The notes: a model not told the origin generated them from the sequence alone. Positions 1-13,245 are shown, counted from the stretch's first letter. The stretch is 64,000 nucleotides of DNA from Octopus sinensis (GCF_006345805.1 NC_042999.1:106578001-106642000); one strand, 5' to 3'. Program-made: numbers and translations.

Positions 1-650
1 AGATCCTCATAATTAATACAATGGAACGGTCCGTATCATTTACAAACTTTGCTTGTGTTACAAGAAGCAGGCCTTTCTTTAAGGCGTGTAGTATGTGCAA
101 AATTCATATGACACCTATTCAGTGAAAATTACTTGCCAGCATTCTTTGCAGGAATGAAGCAACTTTCCATACATGTAGAAAAAAAACGCTAAAATTTGGG
201 CATATGAATATTGACTGATCTCTCTAATCTTGATAACTAACAAAATTTTATCTCCTATTTTGATTTCCAGCAAAAAGATTCATTAATAATACTTCGCTGT
301 CTACTGTGTTGATAAGTCTCTTTTCTAAAACAATTTTATCAACAATGATACCAATAGGTCACGTCTCCCACTTCCATCCTTCTATACACTAACGAACTCG
401 TTATCCTATCTACACCTCTCTTTGTTTCAGACACATAGACGCTATCAACATCGAACATGTGTGTACAAAATCTGTAGTGCAGCTTCTTTATTTAATGTAA
501 TCATATAACCTTCTTTACTATAAGTACAAGGCTTGGGCTCGATGTAATCTACTTACCCATTTCCCGAACTTACTGACCTTGTGCCAACATTTGAAACCAT
601 TATTATCATAGTTGAGGCATCCAGCTAACAGATTCTAATTATCATAATTA

Positions 651-850
651 GGGAGGTGATCTGGCAGAATCGTTATAACACGGATAAAATGCTTAGCGGC
701 ATTATCTTTATGTTCTGAATTCAAATTCCGCCAAGGTTGACGTTGCCTTTCATCCTGTTGCGGTCAATAAAATAACGCTGGGGTCGATGTAATCGACTTA
801 ACCCCTCCCTTGAAAGTACTGGCCTTGTGCCAAAATTTGAAATCAATATC
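651..850 (+). mobile_element. tRNA-derived SINE, family A (ggcggcgagctggcagaa... type), degraded; a second 3' tail fragment lies at about 531-600
   Basis: Shares 'ctggcagaatcgtta...ttctgaattcaaattccgccaagg...gcctttcatcc...ggggtcgatgtaatcgactt...ggccttgtgccaaaatttgaa' with the better copies at 61874-62244. Confidence 0.8.
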
Positions 851-2616
851 ATTATTATAATTTCATATTAAAACACTTGTTTGTGGCTTAAAAGAGCTGT
901 CACAGTTTTCGAACGAACCAGTTACAACTAACGATGTAAAGGTCAAAATGTTTATAAAATTCAGTATCACGTCACAAATTTGTCAGTTCAACTACCAAAT
1001 TAATGTTAATAATTCCAAGCACTCATTTGGCATGGAAAATCCACTACCCACAATAAGAGAGAAAACGATAAATTTAGTTAGTGTCACACAGCAATGCCTT
1101 AATTTAATTAAAAACGAACCGGATATTGTGCAAAACAAATAACATAGAAACACAGCTTTAAAATGTTGTGGCATGAATTATTAAAGCATGATATACAAAG
1201 TGTTTACTGTTGTTTTTATACAAGACATCAGCACGTTTAACATTGTTTCCATAGAAAAATAAATTGAAACTAAATATAATTCAAATGTTGAAAATTAATG
1301 TCTATAATTTACAAATTAGGATAATGATTTATAATTTTCTTCAAGATCTTGATATAGAAACAGTGTAACATTTCAGCTAGCAGCAATATTGTAATATTAT
1401 GAAGGGGGGGAATTGAGAAATGTTTTGGAATGTAATATTACCACTGACAGCAATACATTAATTGGTTAAATTGTGTTAGTTAAGAATGAATTAGAATTTA
1501 TAATCAAATGTCAAGACATTAGTTCTTGATACATCTACGGATGCACTTAGACACGTCATCGGTGCTATATCCTGGCGTCACTAGGTATCTCGGGCCCGGG
1601 AACTTACATTCATTCTGTAGGATTCAAGATTTGATTAAACTATTGTCTGCTTCCTAAGCGATCGGTCACACTAGCCAAAACGATCGGTTACCCTCTTTTA
1701 TCCCAAACTTTCTAGTTGGCTTCTCTTGCTTCCACTGCTCACCTTACGTTTCTACTCTCTTGTAAATTGGAACAATATACGATAAAGAATTATCTACGAA
1801 AACAATACCACTATCTTGGAATATCAAAAACGCAGTTCCCTATCATACACTTACTCGTTCACGTCTGTTTCACTTTTCTGATTTATCTCCAAATTAACTC
1901 TGATCCATTGAACCAATTACCCCATCGTTTCAAGGATGTACACCGTTACATTATCTAATAAGTTCGTTTTCTTTCGATAAAAAGTGTGCTTAATCAGGTT
2001 TGCGTGCTAAATATGGGTGTTCTTAATCAGGTTTCAGATCCAAAAATCAATTAAGCCCGTGACAATAAACTTTAAAATACTGATGGATACAACAAAATTA
2101 CTTTCTAAAATATCTAAGATGGTGATTAATTTGGTGCACACTTCACACTTCAGTTCTTAGTTTACCTGGTACATCATTAATCAACCACCAAGTAGGGATG
2201 AGAAGCTAAGTCTAGCAAGGTAAGTTTTTGTTTCAGAAAGTAAATGCAACAATGTATGTGTGCATTTGACCAAATCTACTTAATAACCCAACCATCATCA
2301 GTCGATTTTTAATATGCTGAAATACAGAAAGTATAATATAATACTAATTATTATTGGTATTATAATATACACAAAAGAGTTCATCACGATACATACACAA
2401 GATGGTTGCTTAAAATCAGAGAATTATATGACACATACATAATGATCAAGAATAACCATTTATCATAAACACATTTCTTATTTAACTTTCCCGTTATTAG
2501 ATTTTAACCTAAAACACACACAAATATATACCTATATATGCTTTCGGTGCGAATGGTTTTGTTATACGGTGCCGAGAATTACAAGCCTGTAAATAATAAT
2601 AATAATAATGGGATTC

Positions 2617-2913
2617 ATATAAGCTTAAAGCTTATAGCGATCACCGTGCAATGGCTAAGTAAAATAGTCTAATAATGGGGCATATTAGCCCTCGGCAGAA
2701 AAAAAAATAGGCTTTCCCATCTGTGTGGGACTCGAACACACATCGGTCTGTTAACGTAACTGTGTTGCCATTACACCAGTGAATTAGCCTCCCCGTTAGA
2801 GTTACACTCGGATGGGAAACCTACTATTTTTCTGTTGAAGGTTTATATGCCCCATTATTAGAATATTTTCCTTAATCGTTGCACGGTGATCGCTATAAGC
2901 TCTAAGCTTATAT
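2617..2913. mobile_element. Foldback/MITE-like element with about 105-bp imperfect terminal inverted repeats and a tRNA-like core
   Basis: Left 'atataagcttaaagcttatagcgatcaccgtgcaa...tttcccatc' is the reverse complement of right 'gatgggaaac...ttgcacggtgatcgctataagctctaagcttatat'. The core on the minus strand has TGGTGTAATGG and GTTCGAGTCCC. Confidence 0.8.
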
Positions 2914-2964
2914 AATTATACAATTATCAATATATATATATATATATTATATATTATATATATA

Positions 2965-3097
2965 TACTTTGTTTTTGTCCGGGAGTCTCTTTTTTCTCTT
3001 TTTGAAGTACAGGAAATAGCTAAGGTTATTTGGCTGCTATTTCTAAACTTCGGTATGTGGTAAAGCAAATCTTTGCTGAACTCTAATTATAAAATAT
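2965..3097 (+). repeat. Direct repeat copy 1 (about 125 bp)
   Basis: 'actttgtt...tgtccgggagtctcttttt...ggaaatagctaagg...ttggctgctatttctaaact...gtggtaaagcaaatctttgctgaac...taattataaaatat' recurs at 3522-3643. Confidence 0.9.
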
Positions 3098-3186
3098 TAC
3101 ATAAGTTTACTTGGTGAAATTATTGATTACTAGTTAATTAATTAATTTTACCCTTTGTTATTATTGATAATATAATTTTCTCCTAG

Positions 3187-3251
3187 ATTATAAACTACAG
3201 ATATTTTCTGTAGTATTTTTACTTGACGACAACGTGGATGGGCAGGGGAAG
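3187..3251 (+). CDS. Candidate coding exon xYKLQIFSVVFLLDDNVDGQGK (signal-peptide-like or vWA-start-like), phase 1 to 0
   Basis: Acceptor 'ttttctcctag' and donor 'AAG/gtaatg'; only one of three frames is open. No homology confirmed. Confidence 0.4.
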
Positions 3252-3267
3252 GTAATGAACCTCATTC

Positions 3268-3383
3268 CTATATTTTGAATTCGGCGGTACTGGACGTTGA
3301 ATATGATCTGTTTGATACTGTTAGTTGGAGAGGTACATTCAATTCTTCCAGTGCTTTCGGATTTAGTATTGTGAAGTCCCATG
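3268..3383 (-). CDS. Alternative candidate terminal exon xWDFTILNPKALEELNVPLQLTVSNRSYSTSSTAEFKI*
   Basis: Strong minus-strand acceptor 'cattttcctcttcag' followed by 37 protein-like codons and TAG. It conflicts in strand with the adjacent plus-strand candidate. Confidence 0.25.
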
Positions 3384-3521
3384 CTGAAGAGGAAAATGTT
3401 TGGGTAAAGTATAAATTCTACATTCTTTATACCGATCTAATTCCGAAACGCGTCCATGGGTAATCAAATATCGATTGATTTTCGTTATTTTTCCTCTCTG
3501 TCTGAGAGGGTTGTTTTCGAG

Positions 3522-3639
3522 TACTTTGTTTGTCCGGGAGTCTCTTTTTAAAGTAGAGGAAATAGCTAAGGTTCTTTGGCTGCTATTTCTAAACTCCGGT
3601 GTGTGGTAAAGCAAATCTTTGCTGAACACTAATTATAAA

Positions 3640-3643
<4 letters not shown>
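3522..3643 (+). repeat. Direct repeat copy 2 (about 120 bp)
   Basis: Roughly 90% similar by eye to 2965-3097. Confidence 0.9.
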
Positions 3644-3689
<46 letters not shown>

Positions 3690-3805
3690 ATGTGTGTGCC
3701 TGTGTGCGTGTCTCTCTGTCCTCTCCCTCCCTCTCTCTCTAACTCTCTCTTTCTCTCTCTTTCTCTCTCTTTTTCTCTCTCTCTCGTTATATATATATAT
3801 ATAAT
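3641..3805. repeat. Compound microsatellite (TA)n(TG)n(TC)n(TA)n
   Basis: Directly visible. Confidence 0.95.
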
Positions 3806-4120
3806 TAAGGTCAAAGGGAGCCATCCCTCAAGTTCAGCATGCGTGTTATGAAAGTGACGATTTGAAGTCGTTCGACGATTTAGCATCTCTTTTCAAGCTT
3901 CCTATGCCCTATGCCCTTAATTATAAATGTATTTTGTACAATTATAAATTTCTATATATGAATTCACCTTAATAAGTCTATTTTGTATGCTGGACACCAA
4001 TAAACTTTTTAACGATTTTATCCTTTATTATGATAATTGCATATATGTGTGTATGTGTGTGTGTGTGCGTGTGTGATCGTATGTGTGTGTATGATTGTAT
4101 GTATATATATGTACTTAAAT

Positions 4121-4391
4121 ATAATTGTTAAACAGGATGTCAAACATTAAGGCAAGGCAAACATTTTAAGTCAAACAATATTACTATAGGAAGAAATCCT
4201 ATAATAATATTGTATATAAGGCGCAGGAGTGGCTGTGTGGTAAGTAATTTTCTTACCACCACATGGTTCCGGGTTCAGTCCCTCTGCATAGCACCTTGGG
4301 CAAGTGTCTTCTCCTATAGCCTCGGGCCGACCAAAGCCTTGTGAGCGGATTTGGTAGACGGAAACTGAAAGAAGTCCGTTGTATATATGTG

Positions 4392-4466
<75 letters not shown>

Positions 4467-4730
4467 TTGTGTGTCTGTGTTTGTCCCCCCAACATCGCTT
4501 GACAACCGATGCTGGTGTGTTTACACCCCCGTAACTTAGCGGTTCGGCAAAAGAGAACGCTAGAATAAGTACTAAGCTTCCCAAGAATAAGTCCTGGGGT
4601 CGATTTCCCCGAGTAAAGCGGTGCTCCAGCATGGCGGCAATCAAATGACAGAAACAAATAAAAGAGTAAAAGAGTAAAGACTTGAGATGTTTGCCTTGCC
4701 TTAATGTTTGGCGTCCTAGTTAACAATTAT
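4121..4730. mobile_element. 52-bp inverted-repeat pair enclosing a SINE
   Basis: 4121-4172 'ataattgttaaacaggatgtcaaacattaaggcaaggcaaacattttaagtc' versus 4679-4730 'gacttgagatgtttgccttgccttaatgtttggcgtcctagttaacaattat'. Confidence 0.85.
4220..4680 (+). mobile_element. Near full-length tRNA-derived SINE, family B (ggcgcaggagtggctgtgtggtaag...), with internal TA/TG microsatellite
   Basis: A-box-like 'TGGCTGTGTGG', B-box-like 'GGTTCAGTCC', body 'ccttgggcaagtgtcttct...gccgaccaaagccttgtgag', tail 'ccagcatggc...gaaacaaataaaagagtaaaagagt'. I recognise it as an abundant octopus SINE type. Confidence 0.9.
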
Positions 4731-7584
4731 ATCTCCACTGCATAACCATCGCGGCTGTAATCTTGGAGCCCCAATAATCCGTTGCAGCACTTACCTAGCG
4801 TACCTAATCGTTTAAATCACCTATGAACTAAACCCCAATACTTCATATATATATGTATATAGTGAGAGAGAGAGAGAGAGAGAGAATTTCATTCGCGTGT
4901 TAACCTTGGAGTTTACCCTATTAAGCTCAGCTAGATGTCCAGGCTATCAAACAGACAGAAATCAGGAGATTGTTTTATCAACAAATATCCACATAGTTTT
5001 TACAATTACACACAAGAATAAAAGAGTGAGCCAATTTACAATAAAAGCATCTGAATTCGATCTCATGAATATTGCTGTATTGTATAATAATATAAGCAAA
5101 TATTGATTCTTGAGATGTCATTGACACGTACCGACTTCGACTCTTCAGAATTAATTATAAAAGGTATTTGCCCTAGATATTTGAGTTATTAATAATTTAT
5201 ATGTATTTCGAGTTGGGCGTGTTTACAGGCTTATATTTGTATAATACGAGCAAATAAGACCCTGGTTTGAAATTAACTGGTCAAGAAGAATGAATCGAAA
5301 TGAGAAGAGAAAAAGTTTGAAATAAAAATAGTAAAAAGAAAAGCGGTTTTTATTTTTAGGCAATATAATAAAATATAGGCTTGTCAACAGTTTCTTTTTC
5401 AAAAAGTATTCTATAGAAATGTCCTTCAAATTGTTTTTATCGCTCTTGAATTATATTTATTCTACCAACTATTTAGCTATTTAGGTGAGGAATCGTACAC
5501 ATACGTTTATAGTTTTATCACAGTGAAATCTTATTGAATGCTACATTTTAGCAATCAGCCTCATTTTGGCGAACAGAATTAACTGAAAAAAAAAGAAAAT
5601 CAATATCAAGGTAGTGTCTAAATCTGTTTTAGAAAACAATTCTGTATTTCTCTTATCCATTGGCAAAGTTGTTAAATCGCCTAGTAAAATACATTGCGCT
5701 TTTGTCACATTTGCCTCTACACTCTGGCTTCAAGTCCTGCGTAGTTTTGTTTTGCTTTCCATTTTTCCGGTGTCAAGATATAAAGTGAAAGCTCACAGCT
5801 GGTGTCGCCTTCTCTCCGCCAGCTGTCCTGGATGTTGCCCTATGTCAAGTATGCAAGAGGCTTTCGGCTCTTGCATTTTTGTGTGTCTGCTCGCGACTAC
5901 ATTGACAAAGAATACAACATTTATTACATAAATTTTCAAAATTTTGTAGAAAAACTGAATCCAAACAAACTGAGGAGAGTTTAGGTCAGCAACAATTTAT
6001 CATTTCATAAATCTCTTTACATAAATTTCGAATCACTACTGTGTGTGATACGAAACCCAGATCATTTATAAAGATTAGAAGTTTGTTATTTACTGAGATA
6101 GAGAATGTAGTATTGCCAAAGAAATTTTACTCAGCAGTGAATATTGTGTAATATTATTCTTGAAGATCCCTTTTATTTGTTGTAGTTGCCATTTGCTTTA
6201 AAATCCTAACTAAGCATATATTCTTCTTTATCTAGCAACACGGAAGAAAATACGAGAAAATAGCCTTCCACCTTTGAAGTGCGTTTAGTTCAAATGTATT
6301 TTGTACTTAATAAAAGATCTCAGTTTCAAAGATCGTCAATTATCATGGTCTTCTCTTTCAAACTTTAACAATAGCTTGCCTTGTGGTTACAGGTATTATG
6401 AAACAACATGCTTATAGCCCTAGGCGAATTTACTTCAAGATCGTAACTTTTACCTAAGAACTCATGCTAGGTTTGGATGTAATGGTGAGATAATTTTTTT
6501 TAATATCAAAAGGTTTTCTTTATTTTTAACTAACAGAAGCTCGTGTTTGACCTTTTTATGAAGTCATCCCCTCTTTTCTTAATGATAAACATTCACGTAA
6601 CAAATTATCGATTTTTTAAAAACTTTTCCTGAAATCATGAAAGATATCAATGCCCTTTTCGAAAACAGCAAACTCTTTCAATGACTCTTAAGTCCACGTT
6701 AGGATTTTTTTAATAGTGTTCTATCGTCTCCAAGTTGCATGCCGGGTGGATTCCTTGGTCGGCAGTTAAGTATCCTGCAACAGTAGGATATGGGATATGC
6801 TACTTTTCATTAGAAAATGCAAAAAATATCCCATCTGAATTGTAAAATTCTTTCCTTGAATAGTTGAAGTGGTGTTTTGTTTTCATATTGAATTTATAAA
6901 TCGTATTAGTGAAAGTAAAATTATTGAACATACAAAGGCCTGGAAATAATAGTAAATAAAAATTATCCTTATCCGTAAATTTTAGGCTTGATATTCAGCG
7001 ATTAGTTTTTATCCTTTTTTTATTATTCAATAGTTATGAGTCTAATGACTTCTCATTGTATCCTTCAACCGAAACCTGGGGACCTCTTTAGGCGACTGGC
7101 TAATACCTTCAGTTCAGAAAGATACAATGATGCAATTAACTTAATGAGATTAGCAGATACATACTAACTGACAATGATTAAAATTAGCAGGCACTTAGTT
7201 ATTTCTATTATTTAAATATATGTTTTGTTTAAATATAACCATGCTGTTATCTATATCGGTTGTTGTTTTTAACCCGGTCAGCGCCGATCAGGCCGAAAAT
7301 AATTCCACTGGGGTCATCCAGTATTTCTTCAAATATAACATCCAAAGCATTTTCAGGATCCTTTTAAACTATTGGTTGTGAGTTTAAGATTTGGTTGCTA
7401 TTTCTGGCAGGCTAAACTACCATTAAAATGTTACCCCATTATTTTGTGTCATTACTGATTTATTTATAACGCAGTAAGATTTGAAAATATATTAAAACAT
7501 TTTGTACACAATAGATACCATTTCAACTATAATTGGTCGAAAATTAGAGACAATTTCTAAATTAATTAGCCGGGATTTTTACAG

Positions 7585-7624
7585 GGTGGGTGACGCCTGT
7601 TTATGGCAAAGTCTACAGGCATGA
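7585..7624 (+). CDS. Candidate micro-exon xWVTPVYGKVYRH, phase 1 to 2
   Basis: Acceptor 'gatttttacag', donor 'TGA/gtatgt'; one open frame; phase-compatible with 13246. Confidence 0.2.
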
Positions 7625-8742
7625 GTATGTTGAAGCTACCAGTAACCGAGCCTGTCCTATATGCTCACTGGGAAAAACGAAAGCGCCCAGCATGCACTTA
7701 TTCAGTGTTCGTGTATAACTGATTTATAGGTTTATGTTGAACAATTGTTACCACTTATATAACTGATCCTATAATCAACCGAATCTATGGTGAATATCAA
7801 CCTACCACCTTCCGGGAAAATGTTTTAAAAAAGTTACAGAGGTTTAAAGTTTGATCATTTTCATCCAGTCAAGAAACAGGATTTCAAAGCTGTCATTTTG
7901 TGCGTGACTGCACATTTTGTCAACATCCTGAAAATAGCACTTATGTTTTAATATGAAACCACAGAATTGCGCACGACATATAACCCCTCATAACTTATTA
8001 CAATTTTCGAAATTATCATCATAAGTATTAATATATTATTATCATCGCTATATGTAAGAAAATTATGAGTTAAGCTACTGATAAGTGGAGTCTGCTTATG
8101 ACCATATTTTTCTTCAAAACCGTTATTTCCACCGTGCTAAATGAGATATGGAACGAATATTTGCATGTTCACTCTTTAGACGTCTGATCTTGTCTAGACG
8201 TGTTAAGAATATATATCAAATATTTCTTCCAGATCTCGTTGTACACAGTGCAAATAATGATTTTTGATCGGTTGGTAGATATGAGCACGGATCACCAATC
8301 AGAAAATAATTCGTTTGCTGAATATATGAACAAAGCCATTGGTTTTTTTCTGTAGGCTCACAGTTGCCTCTGGCTGATTAGACACATTTCGAAACACCGA
8401 TGACCCAGAATGTCGTTTGACAATGTGCTGAATGTGTTGAGTACAATATCATCATAACAGTAAGAAGTTATTCCTCTATGTCGCACATAACAGAAACCAG
8501 CATATTTTGCGTCTGAACCTGCTAAGATGTGTTGAGAATAAATAAGCAAATATTCATATTGTTTTAATAAATATAAAGAAGACATGAACATCGCAATCTC
8601 ATACAAAACGTTAAGTAATAATTTCAACTTTTTTGTTTAGTTTTGTTCTTATTAACAACGCAGTTTCTGCTGGATTTCATAAACGCTATTTTCAATACAG
8701 TGTAAAGTTTAAATTCAATAAAATTGGTGGAAGTCTATAATA

Positions 8743-8811
8743 GAATTCTAAGTTGTTTTCTCGGCGAATTCTAAGTTGTTTTCTCAGTGAATTCTAAGTT
8801 GTTTTCTCGGC
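8743..8811 (+). repeat. Minisatellite, 3 x 23 bp (gaattctaagttgttttctcggc)
   Basis: Three head-to-tail copies without spacers. Confidence 0.95.
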
Positions 8812-9816
8812 GACATTGCCATAGCTAAAGCCGAATAATTCATTTGCCTTTAGTTTTTCAAGCAGAAAATGCCCCCACTTTATTCTTGGGTGATTAGAAA
8901 CGGTTCATGTAGAACAGCACTCAACTATTTAAAGCATAAATAAATAAACAGTGTAATAATTTATATTTGCATAGTCAATCTCCGGATCTTTGCATCCCAT
9001 GTCATGATAATTTATTTACTTAAAATAAAATTGTCTTTCAAAATGGAAGGAATGTCAAGCTATAATATTCTTCTATTCCATAAATATATGGCCTTGGGTA
9101 TAAGAAAAAATCAATGCAATTGTTTATATATATATATAGCTTTCATTTATCCTCGGGCATATTCCATAAACTTCGTTATTTGGGGGATCAGATGCTTTGC
9201 CACAGAACGACAAAGTGGTTAATCTCTAAAAAGGTTATTTTCCTATCAGTTTATTACTAATCGATGCATGAGGAACGTTATTTCCTATATCCAGTTTAAT
9301 AAAAATCATAAAAGGATATTTTTTTTATACTTTCCATAATGTTCACCTAGCTGAACTATTCAACATTGCCGCAAAGTGGACTGGGGTTATGAAATGGTCT
9401 AATAACAGCGAGATTCCAATAGATTCTTAACTTTTAGATATAGTAAAAATAAGGAGAAAAGAAGTGTTCGCTGTGTATTTAGAGGTGAGCTGAAAGAGAT
9501 TTTCTAATTTGAAACATTTGCCCCAACTAGAAGGTGACAATTTTCTAGCTAATCTATTAGGGATACATTTTCCTTAAATCCTAAATAAAAACAAAATGGA
9601 AAATGATAGTGAAAAGAGGGAAGATATTGAACGATATAAGGAATTGCCAAAAAGAAAATGAATAAATGTGAGGAAAAGAAGACAAGAGCTTAGTTTTAGT
9701 TTAATACTGATATAAAGAGCAAACTCAAAATAGATTACGTTTCATATCAATGTAGAGGACTGTATATTTATAAATCTTTTACACGGTAAATATAATAAAT
9801 AACGCACGTGTACACA

Positions 9817-9855
<39 letters not shown>

Positions 9856-9978
9856 GTGTATGCATACATACAGAAATGTATATATGTATATATAGAGAGA
9901 GAGAGTGAGTGATACACACATATATATATGCCCATACAAATGTATGCATGTATACATACATATATGTGCGTGTGCGTG

Positions 9979-10013
<35 letters not shown>

Positions 10014-10540
10014 TAAATGAATTAACTGGTTAATCGATAAGATTTTCACCGTAAAGTTGGTATTAAACATATGCACCAATGTGAAACAGAATGAGAAGTA
10101 GGACCTGTGACAAGTCAAGCGATTCATTTATCGGTTACCGGGATTAGAGTATATAGGAAATTTGTTCCATGACATAGCAGTCTTCTAAAACCGGCGCCAA
10201 CCAAATCGTGAAGCGTGCTTAAGGCTGTAATGTTTTGTATGTATATCCTCGACCTTCTGTACAATATTAGCTGTATCACGTTAATCCATCTACAGTTGCT
10301 ACAATGCACATGTTTAGTGCAATTGGCAATTTGTGGCAAATTGTGCAACGAAGGGTTTGGAAGTGCAGCATAGTGTGATATTTTGATTCATATTAGTAGA
10401 ATCTTGCACATGGTGAGATTTTTCTAATGCTGCAACAAAATATGAGTAGAATTTAGGTGGCGTATGTATTGTTATGAATGATAAAGACGTTTCACATCGA
10501 CAAAGACAATCACCAAATGCAGCTGCTTATAAATAAAAAC

Positions 10541-10850
10541 AGAGTGACACTCGGTCAAAAGCTGCTTGATCATTCGAAGGCTACTTTACGTGGAATGAGT
10601 GCTTCTACTTCAGCTGATACGCTACAATGGTTTGTATATCGGTAGTGAGAGTTATGTTTTGGCACTATTTCATATACAACAATTTTTTTTGTTTTGGAGT
10701 GACACTCGGTCAAAAGCTGCTTAATCATTCGAAGGCTACTTTACGTGGAATTAGTGCTTCTACTTCAGCTGATACGCTACAATGGTTTGTATATCGGCAG
10801 TGAGAGTTATGTTTTGGCACTATTTCATATACAATAGTTTATGTTTTGGA
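10541..10850 (+). repeat. Tandem duplication, 2 x about 156 bp
   Basis: 'agtgacactcggtcaaaagctgctt...ggcactatttcatatacaa' occurs twice with very few substitutions. Confidence 0.95.
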
Positions 10851-12826
10851 GGTAATTTTCAAACCTATGTGTTTACATTTTCTAAAGCATCTCCAAATTT
10901 TTCTACTTTGGAGTGGTAATAAATTGAGTACATGCAAATTTCAGTCTAGTATATCCCTGAAAGTTATCAACTCGCTTTCTTATTTAATTTGGAGTTTCTT
11001 TCAATTAGTTTACAATGTATCACAGCTCATTCATCTAAATATATTTCACAATCGAATCACTCTAGAATATCTTAGCTATTATCTCCTGCATTCCTTTATG
11101 CTTGAAAAGCCATCGTTTATATTTTAGATATATATAGGGCTCAATTACATTCAGCTAGATATTGTATTTATCATAGCATTGACTGATTTTAATTGTTTAC
11201 CTTAGAGATAAACAATGGTTTTCTGGCATTTTCAAGTGTTAATGATTTGTTATTTTCAAAATAGATTCCATCTGCAAAACACTTGGTACCAGTAATATTA
11301 TAACAGATAACTATCCTCTTGTAGAAACCATGTAACCCTTTCTAATATCGTTCAGAAATTTAGTTAATAGGGCAAAACTTAAGCCGAGAAATATGGACGT
11401 GGGCAAATAACTTAACATTTTATTCCAGAAAATATCATCCCGATTATTTGTTCAAAATCTGATTTACTTTTTTAGTTATTTGTTTTTATTTGTATTGCTG
11501 TTATTTTCTACGGTGCGATTAATGTAGACGTATTCTTTCCGGAACACTAAAATATATGAAGAGATATTGATGATGTTCTTTAGAATGTATGGAGTATTGC
11601 TAGTTTTTTCTTTCTTTAAATAATGTAGATAGTTCTGCGTTTGTATTTTATTGTGTGTTCCACGCCTGAACCCCTTCTTTTCATTTGGCTTCAGTTCATT
11701 TAATTCGAAGAATTACGAAATTACTTTCTTCCCTGTCCATCTTTGAGTGTCATTGAGAAATGAACTATAGAAATAAGTCCTCAATTTCTGGAAGCATATA
11801 TTTATGTGCAGCGTGATATTAGTTTTGATATGACTTGTATTTGGCGATGCAGCACCGGAGATGAATTGTATATCTTTATTAAACCTTTAACCAATGTGTA
11901 TATGTCCTGAAAGTATGTAGGTGTTTTATTAAAGAGTTTTATATTGAATCTATTCCAAGCATCCGTTTTTCCTTATACCTTGCAGGACATCCGTCTCTTT
12001 CTTCTTGATGACTCATATTGCTTATTTGTTTAGATTATCTATCTTGTAGATTTCTATGACTGTATGGGATTTCTATATTTCATTTATTATTATTGTTGTT
12101 GATTTTTGTTGTGAATTTAATTTGGTTTCTCTAGATGATGCTACAGTCAAAGTTAGATATTTTACTTATCGCGTGGATTACTTCGTAAATAAGAGGATTT
12201 ACATGATTTGCATTTATGTCAGAGTCTTTAGCCTTGCTATTGTTTCATAATTCTATTTCATTACAGTTATATTTTTACTATTACGTGAATTTGCATTAGG
12301 GTTATTTTTTTCAGTTTTGATTTATTTGAGTATCCTAGCTTCTATGTGATTACAGTTATTTGTATAAATACCTAAGGGGATAATTATATGATAACACTAG
12401 AGTTAAAACCGCTGCCTATTTGCCATTGATAGATTCGCAGGGGTTCTCTTACCCTGAAGTATCCATCTAAGTCGCAAAACTACAAATATGTATCTCTAAA
12501 TAATTGCCATGAGGATTTACAGGCTCCTATTGTAAATATTAAACAGCTGAAACTCTACGTGATGGAAAAGTAAACATTCCCAAAACTCGTTTTACTTTTA
12601 CTGTATGCAGTCAGTAAGCCTTCATGAGTTTAGCAAGTAAAATTCGCACAAACGTTCACATACATACAAGTATGTATTTGTGTGTATGTTGGTGGGGCTT
12701 GTTGGTTGCTTGTGAATGTACATGCGATTTCTTAAAGGTATTGGATCGAACGAATTTTTTTTTGTTATGAATAAGTATTAGGATATATTGTGTATGAACT
12801 ATGTAGGTGTATTTGTGGACACACAC

Positions 12827-12880
<54 letters not shown>

Positions 12881-13245
12881 ATATATACATATAGATATAT
12901 ATGTATATATATATATATATGTATATATATATACATCGACCGCTGCTTTTCGGGCGATTATGATCCCTGTCAGCATGTATGTATACAATTATGTGCCTTG
13001 ACTGCAGCATTAGAGCGTTGAGCTCTCATTTCTAGCAATGCAGGTGTTTCTAAAGCCTTTAATCATATTTAATGACGGTCATAATTTTCCTTTTTGGTAC
13101 ACGTTGCCTACAGCTGCCTACATTAATTATATATAAATAGACATATACATGTATATGTTCGCTTTATCGGGATTCCTATTTAAACAGTTCTTGATATTTC
13201 TTCACGACATGATTGTTTATTTACTTCTTACATTTTGTTTTACAG

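Noticed and set aside
2722-2789. Functional tRNA gene (also the SINE heads at 4220, 33516 and 38593)
   Set aside because: A/B boxes are present, but the acceptor and anticodon stems do not close properly; these are tRNA-derived repeats.
3224-3403. Plus-strand frame RQRGWAGEGNEPHSY...EEENVW preceded by TGA, as a selenoprotein or exon
   Set aside because: No phase-consistent acceptor and no recognisable redox motif; the overlapping alternatives have better splice sites.
5640-5984. LSWMLP...FVEKLNPN (FN3-like, plus strand) versus ...CILLGDL (LINE endonuclease-like, minus strand)
   Set aside because: The two weak readings are mutually exclusive and both contain stops or frameshifts; it cannot be called without a search.
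8743-8811. 23-bp repeats as a CRISPR array
   Set aside because: Head-to-tail with no spacers, eukaryotic context, no cas genes.
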